Position numbers and translations under genes: made by a program
Shown here: in pieces, positions 51,680 through 63,800 of the stretch
Layout of the letters: every line of letters begins with the position of its first letter
Position numbering within the stretch: position 1 is the stretch's first letter
Source of the DNA: Eledone cirrhosa
Taxonomy: Eukaryota
NCBI GenBank assembly: GCA_964016885.1
Contig: OZ024741.1
Location: 281,604,001-281,668,000 of the forward strand
Reading direction: 5' to 3'
DNA: 64,000 bases
The notes under the pieces: model-generated
What the model was told of the DNA's origin: nothing
The model's input: only the letters and a program-made list of their open reading frames with translations
Databases searched by the model: none

Positions 51680-52671
51680 TTAAAACAAAGATCAAATATT
51701 TCAAATACTAAGTCTTAAGACAGAATACTGAATTTTAACTCTTCACATCCTGTAATTATTTGGCAGAAAATGTCTAACAGACTTGTTAATTCAGGTCATT
51801 ATGAGAATTTGCAGTATTAGAGTAACAATTTTAAATTTTCATGTGATGCAGTCATAATCCTGGTATTCATTTATAACAATGTCTTACTATTGTAGTTTCA
51901 GGTGGTACAGGAAGTTAAGAGTTAAAACAGACATGCAATAACTAGCAATACAGATCAAATATTTTATTGAATATTTTAGAGTAGAGTGACTGAAGCAGAA
52001 CTGACTGGGTTCACTCACTATCAAAACTATCTGTTGAGAATGCTGCCCCAGCTTGGCCACAGTCAGACCACTGAAACTAAGTCAAATATTTCCTTACTCA
52101 CATCCAACACAGACATATTCAAATATTTAAGGACAAACCAGGGAATTGGATTTGTAGAATCATTGGACAAAATGATATGCAGAATTTGTTTACAACTCTA
52201 AATTCTGAGTTCAAATTCCACTCAGGTCAACTTTGCTTTTCATCTTTCCAAGGATCAAGAAAAAGTAGCAGTAAAGTACTGGAGGGGCAGGGGGTGATAC
52301 ACTTGAGTTTTCTCATAACCTTAAAATTGCAAGCTTTGTGCCTAAATTAGAAATCAATATCAAATGATAAAGAAGGATTAATTCTTAACATCCTGAAATG
52401 ATTTCTCAAAAACATGTTTGCTGTATATTTACTAGTCAATAGAAAATTGTGAAAATTTGCAGTATGAGAGAAAAGATTTGAATTTTTAATGTCAAAGTGC
52501 TATTTTAAACTTTTTAAAGAAGGTCTTGCTAATGTGGTTTCATATAGTTGTCTCTGAAACAGGCTACGTGAAGAGCGCTCCTGGAGTGGTAGGAACTGTA
52601 AAGTGCTGGAGTAAATTACTTGCAGTGTCTCCCAACATTTCTTTGTGTCTTCAGTTCAAATCTTGCTGAGA

Positions 52672-52945
52672 ATCATCAGCATCACTGTTTAACATCTATT
52701 TTTCCATGCTTGCATGAATTAGACAGGTTGTCATAATATGATATAATTCAGTTCAGGTGACTCATGTTTTGCTCATACAGATCAGTATTTTGGCTTGGTT
52801 TCCACAGCTGGATGCCCAACCATGTTACAGTGTGGATTGGGTGAATTTTTTTGTTGTGTTATCAACACAACCGTCTTATTGGTACTTCTGACTGGGTGCT
52901 TTTTTGTTGTTACAGCCCCAGATCATCATACGAGGTGGACTACAT
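52672..52945 (-). mobile_element. RTE 3'-tail element
   Basis: CATCAGCATC tail, CAGCTGGATGCCC and degenerate 47-bp units. Confidence 0.7.
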
Positions 52946-54469
52946 TTTTTTTTTTTTTTTTGTGGTTTAGCACAAGTGTATCAGGGGTGAGAAGGGAACA
53001 AGTACGCAATTTTGACATGACTGAGGTGTATGGGTTATTTAGGGTGGGAAGGTGTTAAGATTTGGGAGGGATAAAAAGCAGAAGATTAGTGCAGATAAGT
53101 GGCTTCTACATGTTTGTTTCATCCTGTGCTCATGTGCACATGGGAGGGCAGAACATGCTGATAAACATTTGATTAACTGTTCCCTTTCAAGAAGAAGGAA
53201 GACAGGAGAGGAAGTTCAGAAAGACATGAACTGGGGGGGTGAAAGCTGGCTGGTTTTATTTCATAGAGCCAGAAGTAGTTTTCAGTGGGTTGGTATCAAA
53301 AGGGTTAAAGTAAAAAAAAGTTAGACTTTTTCAAGCCTAGAGGCTCATTGGATCAGGAGTTTATCTCCCATCCTCACTCCACAAGAACAAAACTAGACCT
53401 ACAAGAGAGATAAGAAAAGATAGCAACCAATGAAGAGATGCTTTACTGGAGTTGGCTCAAATAGTTTGTGTCAGCATGGAAAAAAAACATGAACAAACAG
53501 TGGTGATGGTGGGGATGATGGAGGTAATGATGGTACTGGTGATGATGATAGTGGTGATGATAGAGGTGATGATGGTGGTGGTGATGATTATGATCAGGAG
53601 ACCCCTTCCTTCCCTACAATGTCCACGACAAAGCTAGAAATCAATATTTAGATTCAAAAATAAAATAAAGTGGATGATTGACAGTTTTTCATTAATTAAC
53701 AAACGAATAAATAACCAGTCATGTGACTATGAATGATTTATTGATATATAATACTGTTTCATTTATTTAGCTGGACAGTATAGATGACTAAGTTTGTAAC
53801 GGACACATTAAATTGAGAAAAGAGAGGACTGACTGATTTAGGAGTGTAATAGAGGGATTGATTTAGTGACTGTTAATGGACTGAATATGATGAGATTGTT
53901 GTGAACTGAACAAGTTAAGAAGGTATCGGATTGACAGAGGAGAACAGGCAATGAACTGACCAATGTGGGAAGATAGTGGAGTGAGAAGGAGATAGACTGA
54001 CATGTGGGAAGGTTATGGACAGACTGAGATGGGTGGGTAAGATATGGACAGACTTGGGTGGGGAGGGTTGTAGACTGAGTGATGTGGGGGTTTATAGACT
54101 GATTGAAGTAGAAAGATAATGGATTGAAAATGTAATAGACTGACCAGGGAGAAAAAGAAAAAAACAATGCAGTGCAATAAAGATATATATTAATTTAATG
54201 CTTGATATAGTAGAAAACATCTCTTAATGTTTTGGATATTATTCCTTCATCAGAAGATAGAATGAGATATAGAAGAAGAAATAGAAAGATAGAGGAGAGT
54301 GAGATGAGAAAGAAACAAAAAATGTTTTTCATGGAAGGAAAGCACATATGTGTTTAGTCAGCTATGATACCAAACTGCCTGAAGCTGCCTCTAGTTCTAC
54401 ATGTGTGTGTGTATCCGCATTGAGCAGAGTACAGTGTGGTCAACTGGCCAGACCCTCCTCAAATGGGAC

Positions 54470-54657
54470 CACCCGGTTCCATACTGTAAACATGGTTGGT
54501 GTGAAGAAGGTGTAAAAAAAAAGCCAGCCAAAATATACTTCAGCTTGAGCAAGGTATGGCACAGCCAACTGGCCAGACTTGTCTCATAACGTGGACAATA
54601 CATCTAACCCATGCAATGTGGGAAAAAAATAGATGTTAAATGATGGTGATGATGATG
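54470..54657 (+). mobile_element. RTE 3'-tail element
   Basis: ACTGTAAACATGGTTGGTG...CTAACCCATGC...GATGATGATG. Confidence 0.7.
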
Positions 54658-54799
54658 TGTGTGTGTATATATATATATATATAGAATATGGGGTTAACCA
54701 ACCAGGGATATGCAGACCACATTATGGTTGGTTAGTTGTGAAGCAGATAAAAAGAAGCACTCAATGATCTGTATAAATGGTTGGAGGACATAATCGGTT

Positions 54800-54904
54800 T
54801 TTCCATATGAGGCAAGTTAGGTCAGCTGGTCATGTCTTGCTCATATAGGACTGTTTCTGGCTAGATTTCTATGGCTGGATGACCTTCCTAATGCCAACCA
54901 CATC
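54800..54904 (-). mobile_element. RTE 3' UTR segment leading into the 47/48-bp array
   Basis: GAGGCAAGTTAGGTCAG..CATGTCTTGCTCATATAGGACTG..GGCTGGATGACCTTCCTAATGCCAACC. Confidence 0.8.
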
Positions 54905-55826
54905 TACAGTGTGTACTGGGTGCTTTTCGTCGTGACACCTACACAACAACTTTATAGTGTGGGCTGGGTGTTTTTTGTCGTGACACCAACACGACCACTT
55001 TACAGTGTGGGCTGGATGCTTTTGTCGTGACACCAACACGACCACTTTTCAGTGTGGGCTGGATGCTTTTGTCGTGACACCAACACGACCACTTTACAGT
55101 GTGGGCTGGATGCTTTTGTCGTGACACCAACACGACCACTTTACAGTGTGGGCTGGATGCTTTTTGTCGTGACACCAACATGACCACTTTTCAGTGTGGG
55201 CTGGATGCTTTTTGTCGTGACACCAACACGACCACTTTACAGTGTGGGCTGGATGCTTTTGTCGTGACACCAACACGACCACTTTACAGTGTGGGCTGGA
55301 TGCTTTTTGTCGTGACACCAACATGACCACTTTTCAGTGTGGGCTGGATGCTTTTTGTCGTGACACCAACACGACCACTTTACAGTGTGGGCTGGATGCT
55401 TTTGTCGTGACACCAACACGACCACTTTACAGTGTGGGCTGGGTGCTTTTTGTCGTGACACCAACACGACCACTTTACAGTGTGGGCTGGGTGCTTTTTG
55501 TCGTGACACCAACACGACCACTTTACAGTGTGGGCTGGATGCTTTTTGTCGTGACACCAACATGACCACTTTTCAGTGTGGGCTGGATGCTTTTGTCGTG
55601 ACACCAACACGACCACTTTACAGTGTGGGCTGGGTGCTTTTTGTCGTGACACCAACACGACCACTTTACAGTGTGGGCAGGATGCTTTTTGTCGTGACAC
55701 CAACACAACCACTTTACAGTGTGGGCTGGGTGCTTTTTGTCACGACACCAACATGACCACTTTACAGTGTGGGCTGGGTGCTTTTTGTTGTGATACCTAC
55801 ATGACCACTTTAGTGTTGGCTGGGTG
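54905..55826. repeat. 47/48-bp minisatellite, ~19 copies, derived from the RTE 3' UTR
   Basis: Unit TACAGTGTGGGCTGGATGCTTTT(T)GTCGTGACACCAACACGACCACTT; no spacers. Confidence 0.95.
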
Positions 55827-56063
55827 ATTTTTCAATTGGGTGTTGAATTTATGAATGAAATTTGGCAATGAACCTTAAAATTATCTATGCAGAGGCTTCC
55901 CCCCAAATTTATTGTAGCTTCTAGGTAGGCCTGTTTAGTTGAACACATTAGAATGGTTTATAGGTAATGGTTTGAATTAGAATACAATCAAACAATGAAG
56001 CCATGTCTTCCTCTCATATTGAAGATTTTCTACATCAATTGTTTACTGGTGTAGTACTAACCC

Positions 56064-56270
56064 ACAGAGCAAATGGAATGAAGGGGAGAATGTGGGAGTA
56101 TCGGGGTATAGGGAATACAGAGCAAATGGAACAAAGGGGATAGTGGGGGGAGGGGTATACAGAGCAAATCGAATGAAGGGAGAGAATGTGGTGGTTTTTC
56201 TTGTATACAGAGCAAACGGAGTGAAAGGGGGTATACATAGTAAATGGAACAAAAGGGGGAATGTGAGAGT
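56064..56270. repeat. Degenerate ~40-55-bp purine-rich tandem repeat, about 5 copies
   Basis: ACAGAGCAAATGGAA..AAGGGG recurs. Confidence 0.7.
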
Positions 56271-56330
56271 TTTGGGGTGTAGTTTTTGTCCATTTTTTTA
56301 ATATTTATTTTTATTATTATGCAAAAGATC

Positions 56331-56513
56331 GGTGGATTGGCAGTATCGGTAGAAGGTCGGACACCATGCTTTGCAGGAAAGAGTTACGGCCCTTTATGGT
56401 CTGAGTTCAATCCCGCCGAGCTTAACGTTGCCTTTCATCCTTACGGGGTCGATGAAATAAAGTACCAGTAATGCACTGGGATAATTGCTGGCCTTGTGCC
56501 AAAAGTAGAAATA
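56331..56513 (+). mobile_element. Full-length young Deu/Nin-type SINE with an 18-bp TSD
   Basis: ATTATTATGCAAAAGATC at 56313-56330 and 56514-56531; A-box TGGCAGTATCGG and B-box GAGTTCAATCCC. Confidence 0.92.
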
Positions 56514-57054
56514 ATTATTATGCAAAAGATCTATATACATATATTCTATTACTCCATTACGTGTTCCAGCCGACAGGCTGAGGCGATGGTTGGGGCGCCA
56601 CCATAGTGCTGGGGCACTGCCATATATGTATATAGTTTTGGATTTGTTTTCTATAAAGTTTACAGAGAGGTATATATACAGAGATAGACAGGTACATATA
56701 CACAGAGACAGGTACATATACAGAGAGACAGGTACATATACAGAGAGACAGGTACATATACAGAGAGACAGGTACATATACAGAGAGACAGGTACATATA
56801 CAGAGAGACAGGTACATATACAGAGAGACAGGTACATATACAGAAAGACAGGTACATATACAGAGAGACAGGTACATATACAGAGAGACAGGTACATATA
56901 CAGAGAGACAGGTACATATACAGAGAGACAGGTACATATACAGAGAGACAGGTACATATACAGAGAGACAGGTACATATACAGAGAGACAGGTACATATA
57001 CACAGAGACAGGTACATATTCACAGAAATAGGTACATATACATTGAGATAGGTA

Positions 57055-57531
57055 TTGGGTTGCATAATTATTGCGGCTTTTTCCAACAAATTTTATTTAA
57101 CAAAAACATCTTTAAATGACAGTCGGGTTTTTCTCTTTTCAGAATGCGTATCGAAAATCATATCCACATTCATCATATTATACTCTTACCACTTTGAGAA
57201 AGGTTGGAATGCAGCACAGTCATTTCGCGATCTCAATGAACTTTTTAGTGAAGGCACTATCAGCAAAAGCCAAGTTGAAAGATGGTTCAGGAAGTTCAAA
57301 TCGGGCGATACAAACCTCGCAGATGAAGAAGGAAGAGGTTGACCATCAAATTTCAACGACCAGCCGTGGAAGAGGACGAAAGCTTGACAACGAGAATGTT
57401 GGCCGAAGACTTCAATGTGGACCATTCGACCATCGTTCGTCGACTCAAAAAGCATGAACTCTCCGATAACAACAAAGCCAAACGTGTCTAAATTTTTACC
57501 GATTTGCCGCAATAATTATGCACCAACCCAA
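57055..57531 (+). mobile_element. Internally deleted mariner (Hsmar1/cecropia-like)
   Basis: TA|TTGGGT(---)TGCATAATTATTGCGGC ... GCCGCAATAATTATGCACCAACCCAA|TA; HTH coding VERWFRKFKSGDTNLADEEGRG; no DDD domain. Confidence 0.9.
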
Positions 57532-57630
57532 TATATATACACAGAGATAGGTACATATACACAGAGATAGGTACATATACACAGAGATAGGTACATATAC
57601 ACAGAGATAGGTACATATACACAGAGATAT

Positions 57631-58255
57631 GTTTCTTTTATTTGCCACCAGGGCATCAAAAGTGGGGCAAGTACAATGGGGGGAGTTTACAAAACAAGGC
57701 GTCCTCAATAAGGAGGAGGCAATAACAATATATAAAAATAAAATAAAATATAACAAAAAATAAAATTTATAACAAAGTCCTCAATAGAGAGGAGGCGCCT
57801 TGGGGAGTCGCACACACCCCCGAAAAAAGTGTGCAACCCTTCTCCTCAGGAGCACAGAGAAGGGGTGCTCCCTTGGTCTTTCATCTTCCTCACCTATAGT
57901 CTGATGTAGAGTGAAGGCCCATTCACACGGGCCATTCTCGCCACTTTCACCCATCTTTCATAGAAACGGCTGGGGTGCAGCACCTCTCTCTCCATCCTGA
58001 TCCTTCTTCCGAAATGATATCAGAAGAAACGGACCAGTTGTTGGCCAGAGAGAAAGGTGCCTGACCTCAGTCCTTTCAGACGCGTCCACCATACAACCTC
58101 TTTCGCCATGGCTATTATGCACAGAAACACCGCCTCTGCTTCATCTTTGAAGGGGGGGGGGGGGAGGCAGCTTGATCATTACAATAGGTGGTCAACCGGA
58201 TCGGTCCCACCCTTGACAGCAGTTGTTCGACATAGCCCCACAGATCGGCTACGCC
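57631..58255 (-). mobile_element. 5'-truncated L1/Tx1-like LINE 3' end
   Basis: VADLWGYVEQLL...FLCIIAMAKEVVWWTR...RFYERWVKV; 3' end AATAAAGAAAC; satellite on both sides. Confidence 0.7.
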
Positions 58256-60654
58256 AGGTACATATACACAGAGATAGGTACATATACACAGAGATAGGTA
58301 CATATACACAGAGATAGGTACATATACACAGAGGAAGGTACATATACACAGAGATAGGTACATATACACAGAGATAGGTACATATACACAGAGGTAGGTA
58401 CATATACACAGAGGTAGGTACATATACACAGAGGTAGGTACATATACACAGAGGTAGGTACATATACACAGAGTTAGGTACATGTACACAGAGTTAGGTA
58501 CATGTACACAGAGTTAGGTACATATACACTTAGATGGGTACATACACAGAGATAGGTACATATACACAGAGATAGGTACATATACACAGAGATAGGTACA
58601 TATACACAGAGATAGGTACATATACACAGAGATAGGTACATATACAGAGACAGGTACATATACAGAGACAGGTACATATACACAGACACAGGTATATATA
58701 CACAGAGACAGGTATATATACACAGACACAGGTATATATACACAGAGACAGGTATATATACACAGACACAGGTATATATACACAGAGACAGGTATATATA
58801 CACAGAGACAGGTATATATACACAGAGACAGGTACATATACACTGAGACAGGTACATATACACTGAGACAGGTACATATACACTGAGACAGGTACATATA
58901 CACTGAGACAGGTACATATACACTGAGATAGGTACATATACACTGAGATAGGTACATATACACTGAGATAGGTACATATACACTGAGATAGGTACATATA
59001 CACTGATATAGGTACATATACACAGAGATAGATACATATACACAGAGATAGATACATATACACAGAGATAGGTACATATACACAGAGATAGGTACATATA
59101 CAGAGACAGGTACATATACACAGAGACAGGCACATATACACAGAGATAGGTACATATACACAGAGACAGATACATATACACTGAGATAGGTACATATACA
59201 CTGAGATAGGTACATATACACAGAGATAGATACATATACACAGAGATAGATACATATACACAGAGATAGATACATATACACAGAGATAGATACATATACA
59301 CAGAGATAGATACATATACACAGAGATAGGTACATATACACAGAGATAGGTACATATACACTGAGATAGGTACATATACACTGAGATAGGTACATATACA
59401 CTGAGATAGGTACATATACACTGAGATAGGTACATATACACTGAGATAGGTACATATACACTGAGATAGGTACATATACACTGAGATAGGTACATATACA
59501 GAGACAGGTACATATACACAGACACAGGTACATATACACAGAGACAGGTATATATACAGAGACAGGTACATATACACAGACAGGTATATATACACAGAGA
59601 CAGGTACATATACACTGAGGCAGGTACATATACACTGAGACATGTACATATACACTGAGATATGTACATATACACAGAGATAGGTACATATACACAGAGA
59701 TAGGTACATATACACAGAGATAGGTACATATACACTGAGATAGGTACATATACACAGAGATAGGTACATATACACAGAGATAGGTACATATACACTGAGA
59801 TAGGTACATATACACTGAGATAGGTACATATACACTGAGATAGGTACATATACGCTGAGATAGGTACATATACACTGAGATAGGTACATATACAGAGATA
59901 GGTACATATACAGAGATAGGTACATATACACAGAGATAGGTACATATACACAGAGATAGGTACATATACACAGAGATAGGTACATATACACAGAGATAGG
60001 TACATATACACAGAGATAGGTACATATACAGAGACAGGTACATATACACAGAGACAGGTACATATACAGAGACAGGTACATATACAGAGACAGGTACATA
60101 TACAGAGACAGGTACATATACATAGACAGGTACATATACAGAGACAGGTACATATACACCGAGACAGGTATATATACACAGAGACGGGTATATACACACA
60201 GAGATAGGTACATATACACAGAGACAGGTACATATACACTGAGATAGGTACATATACACTGAGATAGGTATATATACACAGAGATAGGTACATATACACA
60301 GAGATAGGTACATATACACAGAGATAGGTACCTATACACAGATAGACAGGTACATATACACAGAGATAAACAGGTACATAGAGATAAAAAGGTAGGTCTC
60401 TACATACACATAGACACACACATACACACACATATATAGAGAGAGACAGGCAGGCAGGCATGTACATAGACACACATACAAACATTTCGATGACAAGTGT
60501 TCCTGTTTCATCAGCCTGCTAGTGAAATTGACATGCAAGTGTCTGTATATTCCACAAACACATGTTCTCTTAACATAATTCTCAGGGACATTCAGCATGA
60601 TTGTCTGACAAAGTTGGCCCTTTCAATTACAGGTACAGTCAATATAATGTGCTT

Positions 60655-60808
60655 CCAAGCAGTTTCTGACTAGCCAATCTCACTCCCAGGGCATAGGTCA
60701 ACAGGAGGCTATGGTAAATGACACTTGCTCAAGATTCCATACAGTGGAATTGAACCCCCAGACCTATAGATTGTGAAGCAAACTCCTTAACTATTCAGAT
60801 GTACTGTG
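60655..60808 (-). mobile_element. CORE-type SINE (tRNA-like head plus body) anchoring the 74-bp array
   Basis: Minus strand ...GGTTCAATTCCACTGTATGGAATCTTGAGCAAGTGTCATTTACCATAGCCTC...GAGTGAGATTGGCTAGTCAGAAACTG. Confidence 0.75.
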
Positions 60809-63800
60809 TTCCATACAGTGGAATTGAACCCCGTGACCTAATGATTGTGAAGCAAACTCCTTAATCATTCAGATATACTGTGTTCCATACAGTGGAATTG
60901 AACCCCGTGACCTATTGATTGTGAAGGAAACTCCTTAACCATTCAGATGTACTGTGTTCCATACAGTGGAATTGAACCCCGTGACCTATTGATTGTGAAG
61001 GAAACTCCTTAACCATTCAGATGTACTGTGTTCCATACAGTGGAATTGAACCCCGTGACCTAATGATTGTGAAGCAAACTCCTTAATCATTCAGATATAC
61101 TGTGTTCCATACAGTGGAATTGAACCCCAGGACCTAATGATTGTGAAGCAAACTCCTTAACTATTCAGATGTACTGTGTTCCATACAGTGGAATTGAACC
61201 CCGTGACCTAATGATTGTGAAGCAAACTCCTTAACCATTCAGATATACTGTGTTCCATACAGTGGAATTGAACCCCGTGACCTATTGATTGTGAAGGAAA
61301 CTCCTTAACCATTCAGATGTACTGTGTTCCATACAGTGGAATTGAACCCCGTGACCTATTGATTGTGAAGGAAACTCCTTAACCATTCAGATGTACTGTG
61401 TTCCATACAGTGGAATTGAACCCCAGGACCTAATGATTGTGAAGCAAACTCCTTAACCATTCAGATATACTGTGTTCCATACAGTGGAATTGAACTCCAG
61501 GACCTAATGATTGTGAAGCAAACTCTTTAACCATTCAGATGTACTGTGTTCCATACAGTGGAATTGAACCCCAGGATCTAATGATTGTGAAGCAAACTCT
61601 TTAACCATTCAGATGTACTGTGTTCCATACAGTGGAATTGAACCCCAGGACCTAATGATTGTGAAGCAAACTCCTTAACCATTCAGATGTACTGTGTTCC
61701 ATACAGTGGAATTGAACCCTGTGACCTAATGATTGTGAAGCAAACTCCTTAACCATTCAGATGTACTGTGTTCCATACAGTGGAATTAAACCCCAGGACC
61801 TAATGATTGTGAAGCAAACTCTTTAATCATTCAGATGTACTGTGTTCCATACAGTGGAATTGAACCCCGTGACCTAATGATTGTGAAGCAAACTCCTTAA
61901 CCATTCAGATATACTGTGTTCCATACAGTGGAATTGAACCCCAGGACCTAATGATTGTGAAGCAAACTCCTTAACCATTCAGATATACTGTGTTCCATAC
62001 AGTGGAATTGAACCCCAGGACCTAATGATTGTGAAGCAAACTCTTTAACCATTCAGATGTACTGTGTTCCATACAGTGGAATTGAACCCCAGGACCTAAT
62101 GATTGTGAAGCAAACTCCTTAACCATTCAGATATACTGTGTTCCATACAGTGGAATTGAACCCCAGGACCTAATGATTGTGAAGCAAACTCCTTAACCAT
62201 TCAGATGTACTGTGTTCCATACAGTGGAATTGAACCCCAGGACCTAATGATTGTGAAGCAAACTCCTTAACCATTCAGATATACTGTGTTCCATACAGTG
62301 GAATTGAACCCCAGGACCTAATGATTGTGAAGCAAACTCCTTAACCATTCAGATATACTGTGTTCCATACAGTGGAATTGAACCCCAGGACCTAATGATT
62401 ATGAAGCAAACTCCTTAACCATTCAGATGTACTGTGTTCCATACAGTGGAATTGAACCTCGTGACCTAATGATTGTGAAGCAAACTCCTTAACCATTCAG
62501 ATATACTGTGTTCCATACAGTGGAATTGAACCCCAGGACCTAATGATTGTGAAGCAAACTCCTTAACCATTCAGATGTACTGTGTTCCATACAGTGGAAT
62601 TGAACCCCGTGACCTAATGATTGTGAAGCAAACTCCTTAACCATTCAGATATACTGTGTTCCATACAGTGGAATTGAACCCCAGGATCTAATGATTGTGA
62701 AGCAAACTCTTTAATCATTCAGATGTACTGTGTTCCATACAGTGGAATTGAACCCCAGGACCTAATGATTGTGAAGCAAACTCCTTAACCATTCAGATAT
62801 ACTGTGTTCCATACAGTGGAATTGAACCCCAGGACCTAATGATTGTGAAGCAAACTCTTTAACCATTCAGATGTACTGTGTTCCATACAGTGGAATTGAA
62901 CCTCAGGACCTAATGATTGTGAAGCAAACTCCTTAACCATTCAGATATACTGTGTTCCATACAGTGGAATTGAACCCCAGGACCTAATGATTGTGAAGCA
63001 AACTCCTTAACCATTCAGATATACTGTGTTCCATACAGTGGAATTGAACCCCAGGACCTAATGATTGTGAAGCAAACTCCTTAACCATTCAGATATACTG
63101 TGTTCCATACAGTGGAATTGAACCCCAGGACCTAATGATTGTGAAGCAAACTCTTTAACCATTCAGATGTACTGTGTTCCATACAGTGGAATTGAACCCC
63201 AGGACCTAATGATTGTGAAGCAAACTCCTTAACCATTCAGATGTACTGTGTTCCATACAGTGGAATTGAACCCCAGGACCTAATGATTGTGAAGCAAACT
63301 CCTTAACCATTCAGATGTACTGTGTTCCATACAGTGGAATTGAACCCCAGGACCTAATGATTGTGAAGCAAACTCCTTAACCATTCAGATATACTGTGTT
63401 CCATACAGTGGAATTGAACCCCAGGACCTAATGATTGTGAAGCAAACTCCTTAACCATTCAGATATACTGTGTTCCATACAGTGGAATTGAACCCCAGGA
63501 CCTAATGATTGTGAAGCAAACTCTTTAACCATTCAGATGTACTGTGTTCCATACAGTGGAATTGAACCCCAGGACCTAATGATTGTGAAGCAAACTCCTT
63601 AACCATTCAGATGTACTGTGTTCCATACAGTGGAATTGAACCCCAGGACCTAATGATTGTGAAGCAAACTCCTTAACCATTCAGATGTACTGTGTTCCAT
63701 ACAGTGGAATTGAACCCCAGGACCTAATGATTGTGAAGCAAACTCCTTAACCATTCAGATATACTGTGTTCCATACAGTGGAATTGAACCCCAGGACCTA

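Larger units (their letters stand above)
56667..60390. repeat. 20-bp (and 18-bp variant) minisatellite GGTACATATACACAGAGA(T/C)A, interrupted by two insertions
   Basis: Arrays at 56667-57052, 57532-57629 and 58256-60390 with blocks of variants; explains the ~600-aa repetitive ORFs. Confidence 0.97.

Noticed and set aside
54905-55826. CRISPR-like array of palindromic repeats
   Set aside because: Units are contiguous with no unique spacers, there are no cas genes, the context is eukaryotic and the unit derives from the RTE 3' UTR.
56560-56622. GC-rich triple hairpin as a novel ncRNA
   Set aside because: The minus strand resembles the common SINE tail (GTGCCCCAGCA...GGCTG.AAC) with a local duplication.
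58474-60485. 600-650-aa ORFs in all three minus frames
   Set aside because: They are translations of a stop-free 20-bp satellite; no evidence of coding.
60480-60520. Minus-strand CTGATGA...GAAA motif
   Set aside because: No stem I or III, and GATGA pairs with a downstream TCATC, sequestering the core.
60837-60860. Hammerhead in the 74-bp unit (CTAATGA...CAAAC)
   Set aside because: Both core boxes deviate (CUAAUGA, no GAAA) and no stems I/III form.
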